Of a stretch of 33,461 nucleotides of DNA, positions 21,957 through 33,461 are shown one piece after another. Position 1 is the stretch's first letter, and each line of letters starts with the position of its first letter. The notes below the pieces were generated by a model, which saw only the letters and a list, made by a program, of their open reading frames with translations, ran no database searches and was not told the DNA's origin. The translations under genes and the position numbers were made by a program. Origin of the DNA: Trichodelitschia bisporula (Eukaryota); assembly GCA_010356995.1 (NCBI GenBank), contig ML996689.1, positions 355,873-389,333 on the forward strand. Direction: 5' to 3'.

Positions 21957-23499
21957 TCACCTCGCGGACCGGACCAGCGCCAACCTACCCTTGCGATCCT
22001 TCTCCACCCTCACAATATTCCGCTCCCGGCTGCGGCTGCGGCTGCGGCGCCGGACCTCGCTCCGCTCGATGACATCGTAATCGGTTTCCCGGCGCGCGAC
22101 TGTCATTTCGCCGTTGTGGCGGTGGGGGTCGTCGTAGCGGACATGGCTGTCATAGTGATCGTGCTCGTAGTACTGATCGTGCGCACGCTCCGGGCCCTTG
22201 AAGACAGCAACGGGGCCGTGGATGTTGTTTGATTCTTGCTGGGGCGGCGCCCTGATTATGTGACGCTCCTCGATGAAGTCTGCCTGGCGGTAGACGTCCT
22301 CGTGCCGGCTAGGGGCATGGCTAGGGGCATGGCTGGGAGCATGGCTGGGAGCATGGCTGGGAGCATACCCGGATGCAACGGTCCGGGCCGGACTAGGTGC
22401 ACGCACACTGGGTGCACGCACGCTTGGGGGAGCGTTTTCGATGATCGTCTTCTTCACAAAGGTCTCGTGGTAACCGACCGGCGGAGGAGGAGGTGGAAGT
22501 TCCTGGGGCTCCTGCACCTTCTCCTCGTACTTGTACACGATCTTTTCCGATTCTGCAGGTGTAAGCCTCGTACTTCGTTCCACAAAGCTCCCTGAACTTA
22601 CTCTCTTCGTGATAACGCTTGCTCAGCGCGATGATTTCGTCAATGTGCTCCTTGCCCAGAGCGCGACGGATGATGATGAAGTCGTCTTCTTCCTCAAACG
22701 GGTAGCCGAGCTCGACGACGGCGCTGCGGTGGGCCAAGCGCTTGGGCATCCGGGTCTTGCCCTTCTTCCCCGCGCTGGCACGGGGAAGCACTTCCTCGAA
22801 GCTATCCGAGCTCGAGCTCGCCACATCGACCCTAGACATGCTCTTGCTACGCCGGGCGCGGCTCTTGGACCGACGGACACGCACATCCTCGTACTCGTCG
22901 GATTCATCACCGGAAAGGTCCCGGTAACGCACTTCCTCAAATTCTTCTTCGCGGACAACCCGCCGACGCGAGGGTTCCCGAGGAGCAGGCTTGCGGATAG
23001 GCAGAGGGATGGGGACGTCCGCCGGAATGCGGTACTCGTCGTACGGACGGCGAAGCGGGCGGCGGTCAAAAGTATCGAGAGAACTCTGCCGACGGATGAA
23101 CTGGGGACGAGCAGGCCGCTTCGGTGGCGCTGCAACTTCGCGGTCGATGTACTCAAAGTCTCGCTCAACAACGCTGGCACGGCGACGATAGGGAGCGAGG
23201 GCACGGCTGGCTACCTCGCTGGGAGTTGGGCCGAAGCGGTCGCGTTCGTAGTAGTGTTGTTGCTCATCGACTCGGCCACGGGGTCCACGGGACTCGGTGC
23301 GTTCGTCGAAGATTACGTCGCGGCGATGGCCTGCGGGGCCCCGAGTATCGTCGATGCGGACCGATTCACGCTCGAACTTGTCGCGGTCCCAGCGGGACGG
23401 TGGACCGCGTGGAGGGAGATCGCCGCGGGGAGGGACATCGTCGTACGGCGGAATGCTGAGGTTCCCCTCGGACCGGCGGAAGCCACCATGACGCGACAT
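21957..23499 (-). CDS. Conserved fungal Arg/Glu/Pro-rich protein of unknown function (intron-retained C-terminus form)
   Basis: MSRHGG start; intron 22601-22553 joins the two ORFs in frame. Blocks RPQFIRRQSSLDTFDRRP and KKGKTRMPKRL...LGYPFEEE...RALGKEHIDE, which I recall from Pezizomycotina hypothetical proteins. APSH repeats; ends KDRKGRLALVRSAR. Confidence 0.85.
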
Positions 23500-23728
23500 T
23501 TTGCTTTCTTGGGTGAGGTGAGCGGATGGGTGCAGGTCTGCTTGATGGTTTAGTCGACGGGACGGTGCAGCGATCAGTTTGTGCCACACGCAGAAGGAAG
23601 GATTGGAGAAGCGAAGACGGGAAGTGGCGTGGTTAGGGTTTTTGGAAGGGTTCGGAGGATTGGAGGGGCTGCACGGTGATCAAGCGGGGGGGGAGCGGGG
23701 GAGCGGGGGAGAGGAGCCGGTTGAAGGG

Positions 23729-23978
23729 NNNNNNNNNNNNNNNNNNNNNNNNNNNNNNNNNNNNNNNNNNNNNNNNNNNNNNNNNNNNNNNNNNNNNNNN
23801 NNNNNNNNNNNNNNNNNNNNNNNNNNNNNNNNNNNNNNNNNNNNNNNNNNNNNNNNNNNNNNNNNNNNNNNNNNNNNNNNNNNNNNNNNNNNNNNNNNNN
23901 NNNNNNNNNNNNNNNNNNNNNNNNNNNNNNNNNNNNNNNNNNNNNNNNNNNNNNNNNNNNNNNNNNNNNNNNNNNNNN
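23729..23978. other. Assembly gap (250 N)
   Basis: Run of n flanked by G-rich sequence. Confidence 0.99.
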
Positions 23979-25748
23979 AGGGGAGGGGAACGATCAGGAG
24001 ACTACGTCAGCGGCGTTTATGCAGGTCTGAGCTAATCAAATCAGAGCTTGTCCATTAGGGCTTCAGACAACAACGGACAGGATTGGTCGAAGCTCTCTTT
24101 GGGCCGCAATAATGTTTCCTTCGATCGTGCCTTCCTCCTTCTGTCTCAGCAACGACGTCAGAGTGCTTTCCGCTGCTCTAGGCGTCACGACCATCAACTC
24201 TGGGCGTCTCCGGCGTGTCTGTTCGGTATGTGTCGCGTCTACGGAGTACATCTGTACCATAAGACCCTACGTCTACGCAATGTATGATCAATGTCCAAGG
24301 GGTCCCTTGACTGGGTTACGTTGGTACTTCGTACAGCCGGCTGTCGGTGATCGTGACGCCGTGTTGACTACCCGCACTCGACCAGAAACTCGACATTGGG
24401 CAGTGTGCCGCCACCACGTGCAAAGCGACTCGATCTCAACGACGAAACGAAACAACTTAGCAACTTAGCAACTGGAATCAAGAACCAACACACAGTAGTC
24501 CACGCCTCATTCCTATATTCATGAAGCATTTGTCGCCTTGTGATACGGTTCATCCATCGTCATGCTAGTCTAGCACGTACAGTTCATCCTTCCCTGAGCT
24601 ATGAATCCATTATCTTACCATATCATAGGTTACGTGGGCCTTCTCTGCCTCGCGTCCGGTATTTGGCATGTGAAATTCGGGACTCCCACTTTTGACTTTT
24701 GCCACTGTCGTTGCCACCATTGACCATTCTCCCAAGAACCAGAGTCCTTCAGCCTTGAATCCGAACCGGCCACAGAACGAGCCGCCTTTGGTACTCTCCC
24801 AGTAGACCTGTTGATCATCGCGTGCGTCCTGTTGCACGATTGGCAGGACACACTTCCTGTTCCGTGTCCCGTACTCGGCGAACAGATCTGTCAGTCCGTC
24901 CTTTTTGCCCGCCCGCTCCCGCCTGCTGGGCTGGATGGGCAAGGTGGCTGGAGGTTCTACCTGAATCTCACTTAGTCCTGCCCATGGAGGCGGTGGGCTG
25001 GCGAGTTTGGGCGAGCCAGAAACCCAATTGTCGGGCGGGTTGACAGGTCTACTCGGCGTTACTCCTAACATCTCAGCCTCACTGATGCGTCCACCTCACT
25101 GATGCGTCCACCTCACCGCGGCCGGCGTGCATTTTGGAAACCATGCACGACGCCGTCCAGCACATTCCATCCTCTCTGATGTCTGTCTCTCTGGCCAGAT
25201 CTACCGACTGAGGGGAGTACACGCAATCATGTCCGCCTCATAAGGCAGCCTCAGGCCTACCACGACCCTGCATCGTGCGAGCACGAGTTTCCGGGGAGCA
25301 CGAGTCTCCGGGGAGCAAGTACGCCAGGTCTCGACCTACGGCGAACGCGTAGTTGCCACTCCTTTAGCATTCTCGCCATAATCGGAGGCCTTCAACACCG
25401 AATTCTCACATGAAACCAGAATGAACCGACTTCGGCCCCCGCACTCAGGGACCTGTTCCTCATGGCCTGTGGGGCATGTCCTCTTGATGGCGGGAACTAT
25501 CGTCGCCTCCCATCCATCATTCTATTGAGAATCGGAGTCCTTCGGCGGTTGGTTCGAATTAGGGACCGACATGAACTGACTTTGGTCTGGTACTGGTGGG
25601 CCTCTTGCGCGTCCAATGCTTAGTATTGCCTTGTGATAGAATGATCTGGCATTTCCAACTGGACAGATTCCGTCCTTAAACTTGTCAAATCCACGGCATG
25701 CCTCCCATTCCTTCCTAGGCAAGTTGCATACGATCGTTTCACTCCAAA

Positions 25749-28700
25749 ATGTTCGAAAGACCTTTCAACGCAGGCTTGATAGTAGGCCTGACAGCACTGT
25801 GGGCGGTGAGTGTCGCTGGACAATCTGACTCCTACGTCTTCGGGATTGCTTCCAATGACGGACAACACTCCGGTTACATCGGCCAAACTGCCGGTGGACA
25901 GCTTTGTTTCGGTCAAGCTTTTCCCACGAAGCAGTTTACAGTGGACGTCGCCGCTGCGAGATTTGTTGATGACCAGGGCCGCGGCTGCGGCGTAGCTCTC
26001 GAGACCCATCAGGTGCAGTGTGACGCCGCCGTTAACTGTAAGTTCAACCGCATCTCTTTGTTTGAATCGGTTTAACACACTAAACGTATAGGCAATTCCC
26101 TCCTCGGTCTAGTCAACGCGGTCCAAAGCGCGGGTCAGCAGAATGCCGCCAGGGACAACGTATGGATTTGCCCTGCCAACGCCCAAGACGAGTGGAACGT
26201 CTACACATCCCCCATCGAAAACCAAAACTGCATCGGAGCAGTCCTTTCCGCCACCGCTCTCTCCGCAAACCAGCAAGCGGCGTCTGCGCCTGCTCAGGCA
26301 TCTGAATGGGCACTCGCTCCGCCAGCGGAGGCTGCACCCGCCATTCCCAATGCCGACGCCCCTCACTCGGTACCCCCATGGATCGCAGATCAGAACGCGG
26401 CAACTGCGGCTCCCGTTCCTGTCGTCGCTGAAGCTCCCGTCGCGGAGCCCGACATTACGCCTGCTGCTGTCCTTGCAGCTCCCGTGGTGGTCGCGGTCGG
26501 TGAAGATGGTGCATTGGTCACGATTGCGGCGCCCAAGGCTGCTGAGGTGGTTGCTCCTGTCGTGGCTCCTACTGCCGCTCCCGAGGTTGCCGAAGTTGCT
26601 CCGGCTTATACTGCGGCTGCCAGCTATGGCTCTGCTGCTGTCGAAGCCCCGGTTGCTCCTGCTTATACTGCGGCTGCCGGCTATGGGGCTGCGGCTGCGC
26701 CTCCTGCCGCTCCCGTTGTTGAAGCTCCAGTTGCTGCACCGGTTGTCGAGGCTCCCGTTGTTGCACCGGTTGTCGAGGCTCCCGTTGTTGCACCGGTTGT
26801 CGAGGCTCCGGTTGCTGCACCTGTTGTCGAGGCTCCGGTTTACAAACCTCTTGTTGAAGCTCCTGTTGCTGCACCTGTTGTCGAAGCCCCAGTTGCCGCC
26901 CCCGTTGTCGAAGCTCCGGTTTACGAACCTGTTGTCGAGGCTCCAGCTGCCGCCCCCGTTGTCGAAGTCCCAGTTGTCGCGCCAGTGGCTGAAGCTCCAG
27001 TCGCTGCCCCCGTCGTCGAAGCCCCAGTCGCTGCACCCGCTGTTGAAGTTCCCGTTGTCGCGCCAGCGGTTGGAGCGGTACCTGCTCCCGCAGCCGAGGA
27101 AGCCCCGGCAGCCAAGGAAAATCATGCTGCCCCCCCTGCCTGGGCCAACCACCACGGCCACGGCCCTCCTCCATTCACCGCCAAGGTCTGGAAAGCCATC
27201 CGCGGCGGCAAGAAGCCGGAGGAAATCCTTGAGCAGGCTGGGATCGAGCCGGCCGCTGAGGCTGCCGTCACGGCTCCGAAAGCACCGGTTCTCGTCCCAA
27301 AGACCCCCGTCGAGGTTCCAGTTGCCCCCGAGGTTGCAGTCGCTCCCGAAGCCCCAGAGGTTCCCGAAGAAGAAGTCGCCGTTTCTGAAGAGTATACGGC
27401 CGCCGCTGGTGGCGAGCACCCTCATGGTCCTCCTCCCGGCGCCGACAAGGGGCCTCCTGAGTGGGTTGGCAATCTGTTCAAGGCCGTCCAGGAGGGCAAA
27501 GAACCGGCTGAGATTCTGGAGGCTGCTGGCATTCAACTGCCGCCGGTAGATGCTGGACCCGAGGCCGTTCCCGAAGTAGAGGTCGTGGCTCCCGAGGCAG
27601 AGGTCGTTGTCCCCGAAGAAGAAGTTGTTGCTCCCGAAGCAGAGGTCGCCATTCCTGAGGAGTATGCGACAGGCGCTGGTGGTGAGCACCCTCAAGGTCC
27701 TCCTCCGGGCGCGGACAAGGGGCCTCCTGAGTGGGTTGCCAATCTGTTCAAGGCCGTCCAGGAGGGCAAAGAACCGGCTGAGATTCTCGAGGCTGCTGGG
27801 ATCAAGCTGCCACCTGCTGCTCCAGCCGAGGGTGGCGCGGAGGAACTGGGCCAGCAACATGCCCCGCCGCCTTGGGTGCTGGCTCAGCAGGGTGCCGATG
27901 GTGGACAGCAGGGCGCACAGGAAGGTGGATATTCTGGTGGATATGCTGGTGGCAAGCCTGAGGGTGTTGCCGTGCCTGTTGCTCCGGCTGCCCCAGAAGC
28001 TGCCGCTGCTCCTTTAGTTGCTCTGGTTCCGGCCGCACCGGCCAAAGATGCTGCTTATGCTGACAAGGTTGACGGTTACGGACAAGGCCAGCAACGGGGC
28101 GGGCATGAACAGGGTGGAGCCGAAGCTCCCGAATTCAAGGGCGAGGATTCATGGGCAGGTCAGGAGGCGTGGGGCGATGGTTCCGCGGTTAATGGCCCTC
28201 CGGCATGGGTTGTCGAGTATTTCAAGAACATGCATAACGGCGGTGGTGAACAGGGGCGGGAGGGTGGATTTGATGCTTGGGGACATGGGGGCGGTGAGCA
28301 GGGTGGGGAGGAAGGTGGCTATGGTGGTGACGATTGGGGGATGGTGGCTGGTGGTGAGGAGGAGGGTGGTGCGCCTGGTGGCTGGGGCGCGTTTGGTGGG
28401 AATCAGGAAGGGGGTGGTCATGAAGGCGGCTTCGGAGGCAATCAAGAAGCCGGCGGTCATGAGGACGGCTTTGGAGGCAACCAAGAAGCCGGCGGTTATG
28501 GAGGCGGTCACGGACAGCGACCCAGCAAGCCTGAAGGGGAGTTTTCGGAAAGCGCTCAAGGCGAAAATCACCAGGAGGGCGATAAGAACCTGGAGGGCGG
28601 AAACAACCATGAGGGCGGACACGGACAAGACGGCGGACACGGGCAAAACGGCGGAAACAGTCAAGACGGCGGGAACGGTCAAGAACACGGCAACGGGCAA

Positions 28701-29258
28701 GAGCACGGGAACGGTCAAGAAGGTGGAAACAACCAGGAAGGCGGCGGCCACGGGGGCGGTCACGGACAGCCCCCCAGCCAACCCGAGGGCGGCTCCGCCG
28801 AAGGGAAATCGGAAGACGGCAGCTCCTCGGAGGGTGGTTATGGCGGTCCGCCATCGGGCGGCGACCAAGGGGCCGAAGAAAGCAACGCCGACCAGGACGC
28901 AGAAGCCAGCAAAGACTTTGAGGCCGGAGCCCAGAACGAAATCGCCAAAGGCAAAGCCGAGCACGGCAAAGCCCACCGCGCCGCCCCGATTCTGCCCTGC
29001 GACACCCACGTTGTGGAGTCCGTCGCAGCTGGGAATGCCGCGGGAGCTGCGCACATCGTTCGTGTGAATCGCCGTGATGAACAGCCTCATCACCCGTCCT
29101 TGGAGGATAAGGTCAAGGTCAAGGAGGCGGAGTGGCTGCCGGATGATAACTTGGTTGAGGGTGCTGAACATGGGTATACGGCGTGGATTGACCATATTTA
29201 TGGTCATGATGGGAGTGTTCCCACGCCTTACTGGGGGGAGTATGAGGAGAGTGGTTAG
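25749..29258 (+). CDS. Large secreted repeat-rich cell-wall protein (about 1151 aa) with an N-terminal Cys-containing Pir-like domain
   Basis: Signal peptide; IGQTAGGQ...DDQGRGC...QVQCD. Intron 26038-26091 links in frame to WICPA...WNVYTSP...CIGAVLSA and to ORF 26484-29258. APVVEAPVA and Gly/Gln/Glu/His repeats follow. Confidence 0.85.
26705..27065 (+). repeat. 27-bp coding tandem repeat (APVVEAPVA, about 13 units)
   Basis: gcaccggttgtcgaggctcccgttgtt-like units. Confidence 0.9.
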
Positions 29259-29985
29259 ATTGGTGGGGGTTGGGGTTGGTGGTAGGGAGCTAAGGGGAGG
29301 GATAGAATGTGATGTGGGGAGGGGGGAGGAGGGTGTGGTTCTGATTTGGTCGACTTCCAGGAGTACGGGTTAGGTAAAAATCATAAAAATTGGGGTTTAA
29401 CCCCCCAGCTGAGGCCTGTGTTGAAGCTCTTGACTTCTAACACCGCACAGGGTATCGTATTGTCTTCGATCCTCGGAAGGACACGGTCCATGTCTGCAGG
29501 GAATGTCCTCAGGCTCCAGAGTCATCATCGTCGTTTGTCATGCATGTTCCCGTTGTTTGGACCAAGGTGAGATGGCTCGCACTAACTGCTGGCTTTACTA
29601 CATGTTCCATGGCGAGGAAGGAGGCACTACCCGGCATTGCATCTGCTGTTGCAGTGGATGCTCGGCCGGCAAGTAGGCGAGGCTCGGCCCGTGGATGGAA
29701 AACGCGTGGGGCCATCGGCTTCGGCAAGAGGCTGCATCCGCGCAAAGCGTGTGAAATGGACAATGTTGAGCTAGAGCACACTTAATGAACTAAAATGCCT
29801 GTCTTTTAGAACTAGGCATGGCAGACCTTCAGGAACAAAGCTCAGCAATCCTGCATCTCAGCCTTGTGGCTCCGTCTACACCCCCCCCCGTCCCGCGCCA
29901 AGAAACCAGACCTCTAATCCCAGCCCAGCGAAACGTGCGCGTCAACAACGACCGCCCTCCCACCGCGCCATCCCCCCCATCCCCA

Positions 29986-30995
29986 ATGCCGATATGCATC
30001 GAGTGCCGCTTCGAGGTCAACTCGCTCTACACACACTACAGCAAGACCGATGACCGGTCGCTGGGCAAGGCCGTGCGCCTGACGCAATGTCCGCGCTGCA
30101 AGCGCTTCGCTGATAAGTATGTCGAGCATGACTTTGTCGTGCTGTTTATTGATCTAGTCTTGATTAAGCCGCAGGTATGTGAGCTTTGCGCTGTGCGCGC
30201 TGGGCTGTGGTGCCAGGCTGATCAGAACAGGTGTACCGCCATCTGCTCTTCAACCGCCTCGGCCGCGAAGACGACCGCTTCGACGTACGTCCCCCCCTCC
30301 CCCACATCCACCCGTCTAACCCTTTCCAGCCCTCCATAATCCGCCTCGGCGTCCTGCTCCTCCTCTTTGACGTCTACCTGACCTGGGCGCGCATCGAAAA
30401 AGCCACCCCCCCCATCTCCTTCATCCCCAGCACGCACAGCAACACACACATAACCCACCCGTACACAACCGCCAACCCGTCCTCCTCGCTCCCGCCCCTC
30501 AGCACCCAGCCCCTGCTGTTACAATACCTCTTCTTCCTCCTCCTCTGCTTCCTCTCGACCCTCAGCTTCCACCTCCCCATCCGCCTCCTCACAACCTACC
30601 AGCCCGCCCGTCTGCAGCGCTGCCGCCTCCTACCCTACTACCCGCACGCCACCGCCGTGAGCACCGCGCTCATCGTCTCCTCCTGCACCAAACTCTTCCC
30701 CATATTGCTTATTATCTGGGAATATGACCTGCCGAGCGCGGCGTCGGCGGTGAGCTGGGCGGTGATTGTGAATAATATCGCGGCGCTGGAGATATTGATG
30801 GATTGCGGGTATGTGCGCGCGAGCGTGCTGGTTGTGCTGGGGGCTATAGCGCGTGCGGGCGTGGGGTGGTGTGTGCTGCGGGTTGTGGGGTTGCAGGAGC
30901 GGGGGTGGGGGCTGGATGGGATGGGGGTTGTGGTGGAGAGTTTATGGGGTATGAGGGGGTGGGTGGAGGGGTGGGTTTCCGGGCTGGGATGGTAG
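29986..30995 (+). CDS. ARV1: Arv1 lipid/sterol homeostasis protein
   Basis: MPICIEC...LTQCPRCKRFADKYVEHDFVVLFIDLVLIKPQ|VYRHLLFN Arv1 homology domain. Introns 30175-30230 and 30285-30329. Confidence 0.95.
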
Positions 30996-31351
30996 CCGGT
31001 GGGCCTTGGGGCGGTTGCATGTTGCATGCGTGGGTTTGGGGCGTATTCGGCGCGGGGCAGTTAGATACCATTTGGATTGGCGGACGCGAATCGAGACACG
31101 ATATGAAAGGTAGTGACAGCATTAAGGGATTGAATGCTCCTCCCCACGATAAACCCTAACCCTGGAACGCCGAGCGGTATATACAGCAAAACTGCGCTCC
31201 GGGCCGCCTGTCCCAATGTCAAGCCATCTGGTATGGTACAAGCCCGAGCGGGCCGCAAAGTGACCCCTCTTCCCTCCTCATTCTACCGAGTATCTTCTCC
31301 CACGTCCTCCATCCAACGTCCCGAGTACGATCTCGCCACCACCCCAACCAT

Positions 31352-31729
31352 TCAATCGTATCCAGGCCGCAGCTTTCCATTGATCGGCACAATGAGCGGA
31401 TGCCACTGCGCGAGGAACGTAATCGCCCACATAATGAAGCACGCCCAGGCAGACAAAAGCAGCGACGAGCGCCACACGCTGTATCCGTCAGCCAACAGTT
31501 CCCACCATATCGCATCCATCATCCAACGCCTCGTACGACGGTATCCGAGATGTAGGGGCAGAAACGTACGTTTGCGTGTCGCCCTTGGGCGCCGCGACCC
31601 ACGATATGCCGGAGAAGAGGGCGACGATCACGAAGCCGATGATGAGACTCCACCTAAGACGCGTGTCAACGGTGTTCAGGACATATACAGGAGCGCATAG
31701 CGCGCCGTGTGGGCTTACCCGTTTGCCAT
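31352..31729 (-). CDS. VMA9: V-type ATPase V0 subunit e
   Basis: Absent from the ORF track. Three exons give MANG|WSLIIGFVIVALFSGISWVAAPKGDTQT|VWRSSLLLSAWACFIMWAITFLAQWHPLIVPINGKLRPGYD, with the family motifs PKG and C--MW--T-LAQ-HPL--P. Confidence 0.93.
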
Positions 31730-32027
31730 GGTTGAGAGGGCTATGCGTACTGGGATGGGGTGCTGCGACTGCGGCTGTGATAGCTCCTAGAGGTCATTGC
31801 CAAGGCCGGTGCCGGGTGATTGTTGCGCCGAGAAGGGAGATGAGATTAGATTAGATGAAGAGAATGGACGACATCATATCAACGTAGACCTGTTGAAGTA
31901 GTATCTTCATTCCTTTCTACATACTTGTCCCTCCTACGACGTCGTCTTATCGTTAAACATATTCATCACAGTAGCTGACCATGATAGTTGATTTCCCCAT
32001 AAAGCACAGGAGCAGAAAAAGACAAAA

Positions 32028-32145
32028 ACATACAGCAGTTGGGATTCGCTGCTGGTCACCCACGCAACTACTAGTCAACCGGTTCAAAGCTTAAATTCAG
32101 TGAGCAGACGGGGACTGGTGTATTCTTTGACCTGCGTCCGTATCC
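32028..32145 (-). rRNA. Dispersed 5S rRNA gene (divergent variant or pseudogene)
   Basis: 118 nt with CCCGTCTGCTC loop C, TTAAGC and TAGTAGTTGCGTGGGTGACCAGCAGCGAATCC...CTGTATGT, followed by T-runs. The helices can pair. Confidence 0.88.
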
Positions 32146-32627
32146 TTAGCTCAGTGAGGAAAGTGCTCAATCTGGACTAGCCTATCCATTGTCATCCTTG
32201 CTAGCCGATACTTTCCTCCATCTTGCCGCTAAATCCAGCGCCAGATTTCCTTCAATTGGAAATTACTGACGCGCTAAGTGATTTCAGATGGGCAGCAACA
32301 TGTACTCGTCCTGCCCTCCGCATTGAACCAAAACGCCTCCGTTAAATCGCCCCGTCTTCGGCCCGTCGCCGGCTCCGCTCTCCAGAACCGGCCCGGTTGG
32401 ACCTGCAAGCGAAGTATCCTGAGTATCGGAAGGGTCATATCTCAATTAAGCGGGGGCGCCTGTTAGGACCCCTATTCCGTCTTCGCAGTGTCAGTTCTGC
32501 CTCGACGTGACTCAGTCAACACAACCCCGCACTCCGATTCTCCGAGTGGGGTGGCTAGGGGGCTAAGTGTGGGGTTGTACCGTGGTGAGGGAAGGGAAGA
32601 CGAGCCGAGGCAGTGGCGCAGGTGGTG

Positions 32628-32745
32628 AGTGGGTTGGTGGCACGGGTGAAGTTGGTGGCGCGGGTGGAGTTGGTGGCGCGGGTGGAATCGGTGGCGCGGA
32701 TGGAGTCGGTGGTGCGGATGGAGATGGTGGCGCGGGCGGTGGCGC
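32628..32745. repeat. Degenerate 18-bp tandem repeat (about 6 units)
   Basis: ggtggcgcgggtggagtt-like units. Confidence 0.75.
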
Positions 32746-33229
32746 TCAAGAATCGGGCTCTCTGTGTAGGGTCTCAGATGACAAATATAGGATTATCCGC
32801 TTAGCATCCTAACATAGCTTCACATCTTTATCAATGGAGGTTAATGAGAGGACATGGTGTACGTGACCGTCTTCCTTTTCCGGCTTGGACCAGGTTGGGC
32901 TAGGGCTTGGTCCCGTCTTCATCAACGCTCTGCTCAACACAAGAGCTGGGAGTAGCAAAAATTGAACACAGCCACACATTCCATCATATCTTCTCTGTTC
33001 ACTGCAGGAATGGTTAAATTCCAGATGCTTCCAGATCCCCATTGCATTGAAGCCATTACTTCACTGATCTGGCGGCATTTTTGTACGCCTCTGTTACCAT
33101 TTGCTATTGGAGTGCTTGATTTCAAAGCCGTACCATTCCCATATTGTAATCCTTTGCCACTTTCACTCTCAAAAAGGTATAAAAGGACCAAGACCGCAAC
33201 GGAGGTGGGTGGGGAGGTTAAGAGAAATT

Positions 33230-33461
33230 TTAGCAAATGAATTCCATGCACAGCACTCGACCAGACGGACATCCCAAGCCAACCTTACCCTCGTGGACAG
33301 CTTCAGCTCCAGCTCTCGCACTGCGATACTCGGATGGAAGCCAAAGAAGCCTTTCCGTGCCCCTGGCTACCCATTGCTCCTGGATAATTATGGACCGTGA
33401 AAGATTCGATGCCGACGCCAGCTGCTTGCCGTCCGGCGAGAAGGCCATGGCCAAGACCGAA
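33230..33461 (-). CDS. 3' end of a WD40-repeat gene of the fungal NACHT-WD (HET-E-like NLR) type, possibly internally deleted
   Basis: SVLAMAFSPDGKQLASAS repeat, then the typical tail WV--G-ERLLWLPSEYR...AV....V-LGC-SGRV. Confidence 0.75.
   Translation of the reverse strand, partial: SVLAMAFSPDGKQLASASNLSRSIIIQEQWVARGTERLLWLPSEYRSARAGAEAVHEGKVGLGCPSGRVLCMEFIC

Noticed and set aside
22531..23553. 340-aa antisense ORF
   Set aside because: Shadow of the Arg/Glu-rich gene.
23579..24058. ORFs spanning the N run
   Set aside because: Artefact of the assembly gap.
25077..25318. Two short 17-bp tandem duplications (cctcactgatgcgtcca; gagcacgagtYtccggg)
   Set aside because: Two copies each, consistent with ordinary slippage; no functional evidence.
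26109..29207. Long alternative-frame and antisense ORFs (583, 468, 349 and 352 aa)
   Set aside because: Expected from the low-complexity repeats of the cell-wall gene.
31150..31163. aaccctaaccct telomere-like sequence
   Set aside because: Only two units; chance.

Overview
GC-rich, intron-containing DNA from a filamentous ascomycete (GT-AG introns with CTRAY branch points, intron-containing tRNA, dispersed 5S rRNA). In order: 5' part of an EED/ESC-like WD40 gene (-); a tandem-PAS protein (+); tRNA-Thr(AGT) (-); a tandem array of five small, related signal-peptide genes with conserved spacers (-; three intact, two disrupted); a GH125 mannosidase (-); a ferric reductase (+); a C2H2/fungal transcription factor (-), MFS transporter (+) and FAD monooxygenase (-) mini-cluster; an Arg/Glu/Pro-rich protein with two possible C-termini (-); a 250-nt assembly gap; a large repeat-rich secreted Pir-like cell-wall protein (+); ARV1 (+); VMA9 (-); a divergent 5S rRNA gene (-); and the 3' end of an NLR-type WD40 gene (-). 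The most unusual items are the small secreted-protein array (5864-8230) and the hidden alternative last exon (21768-21859). All calls come from reading the sequence and recalling protein families; no searches were run.
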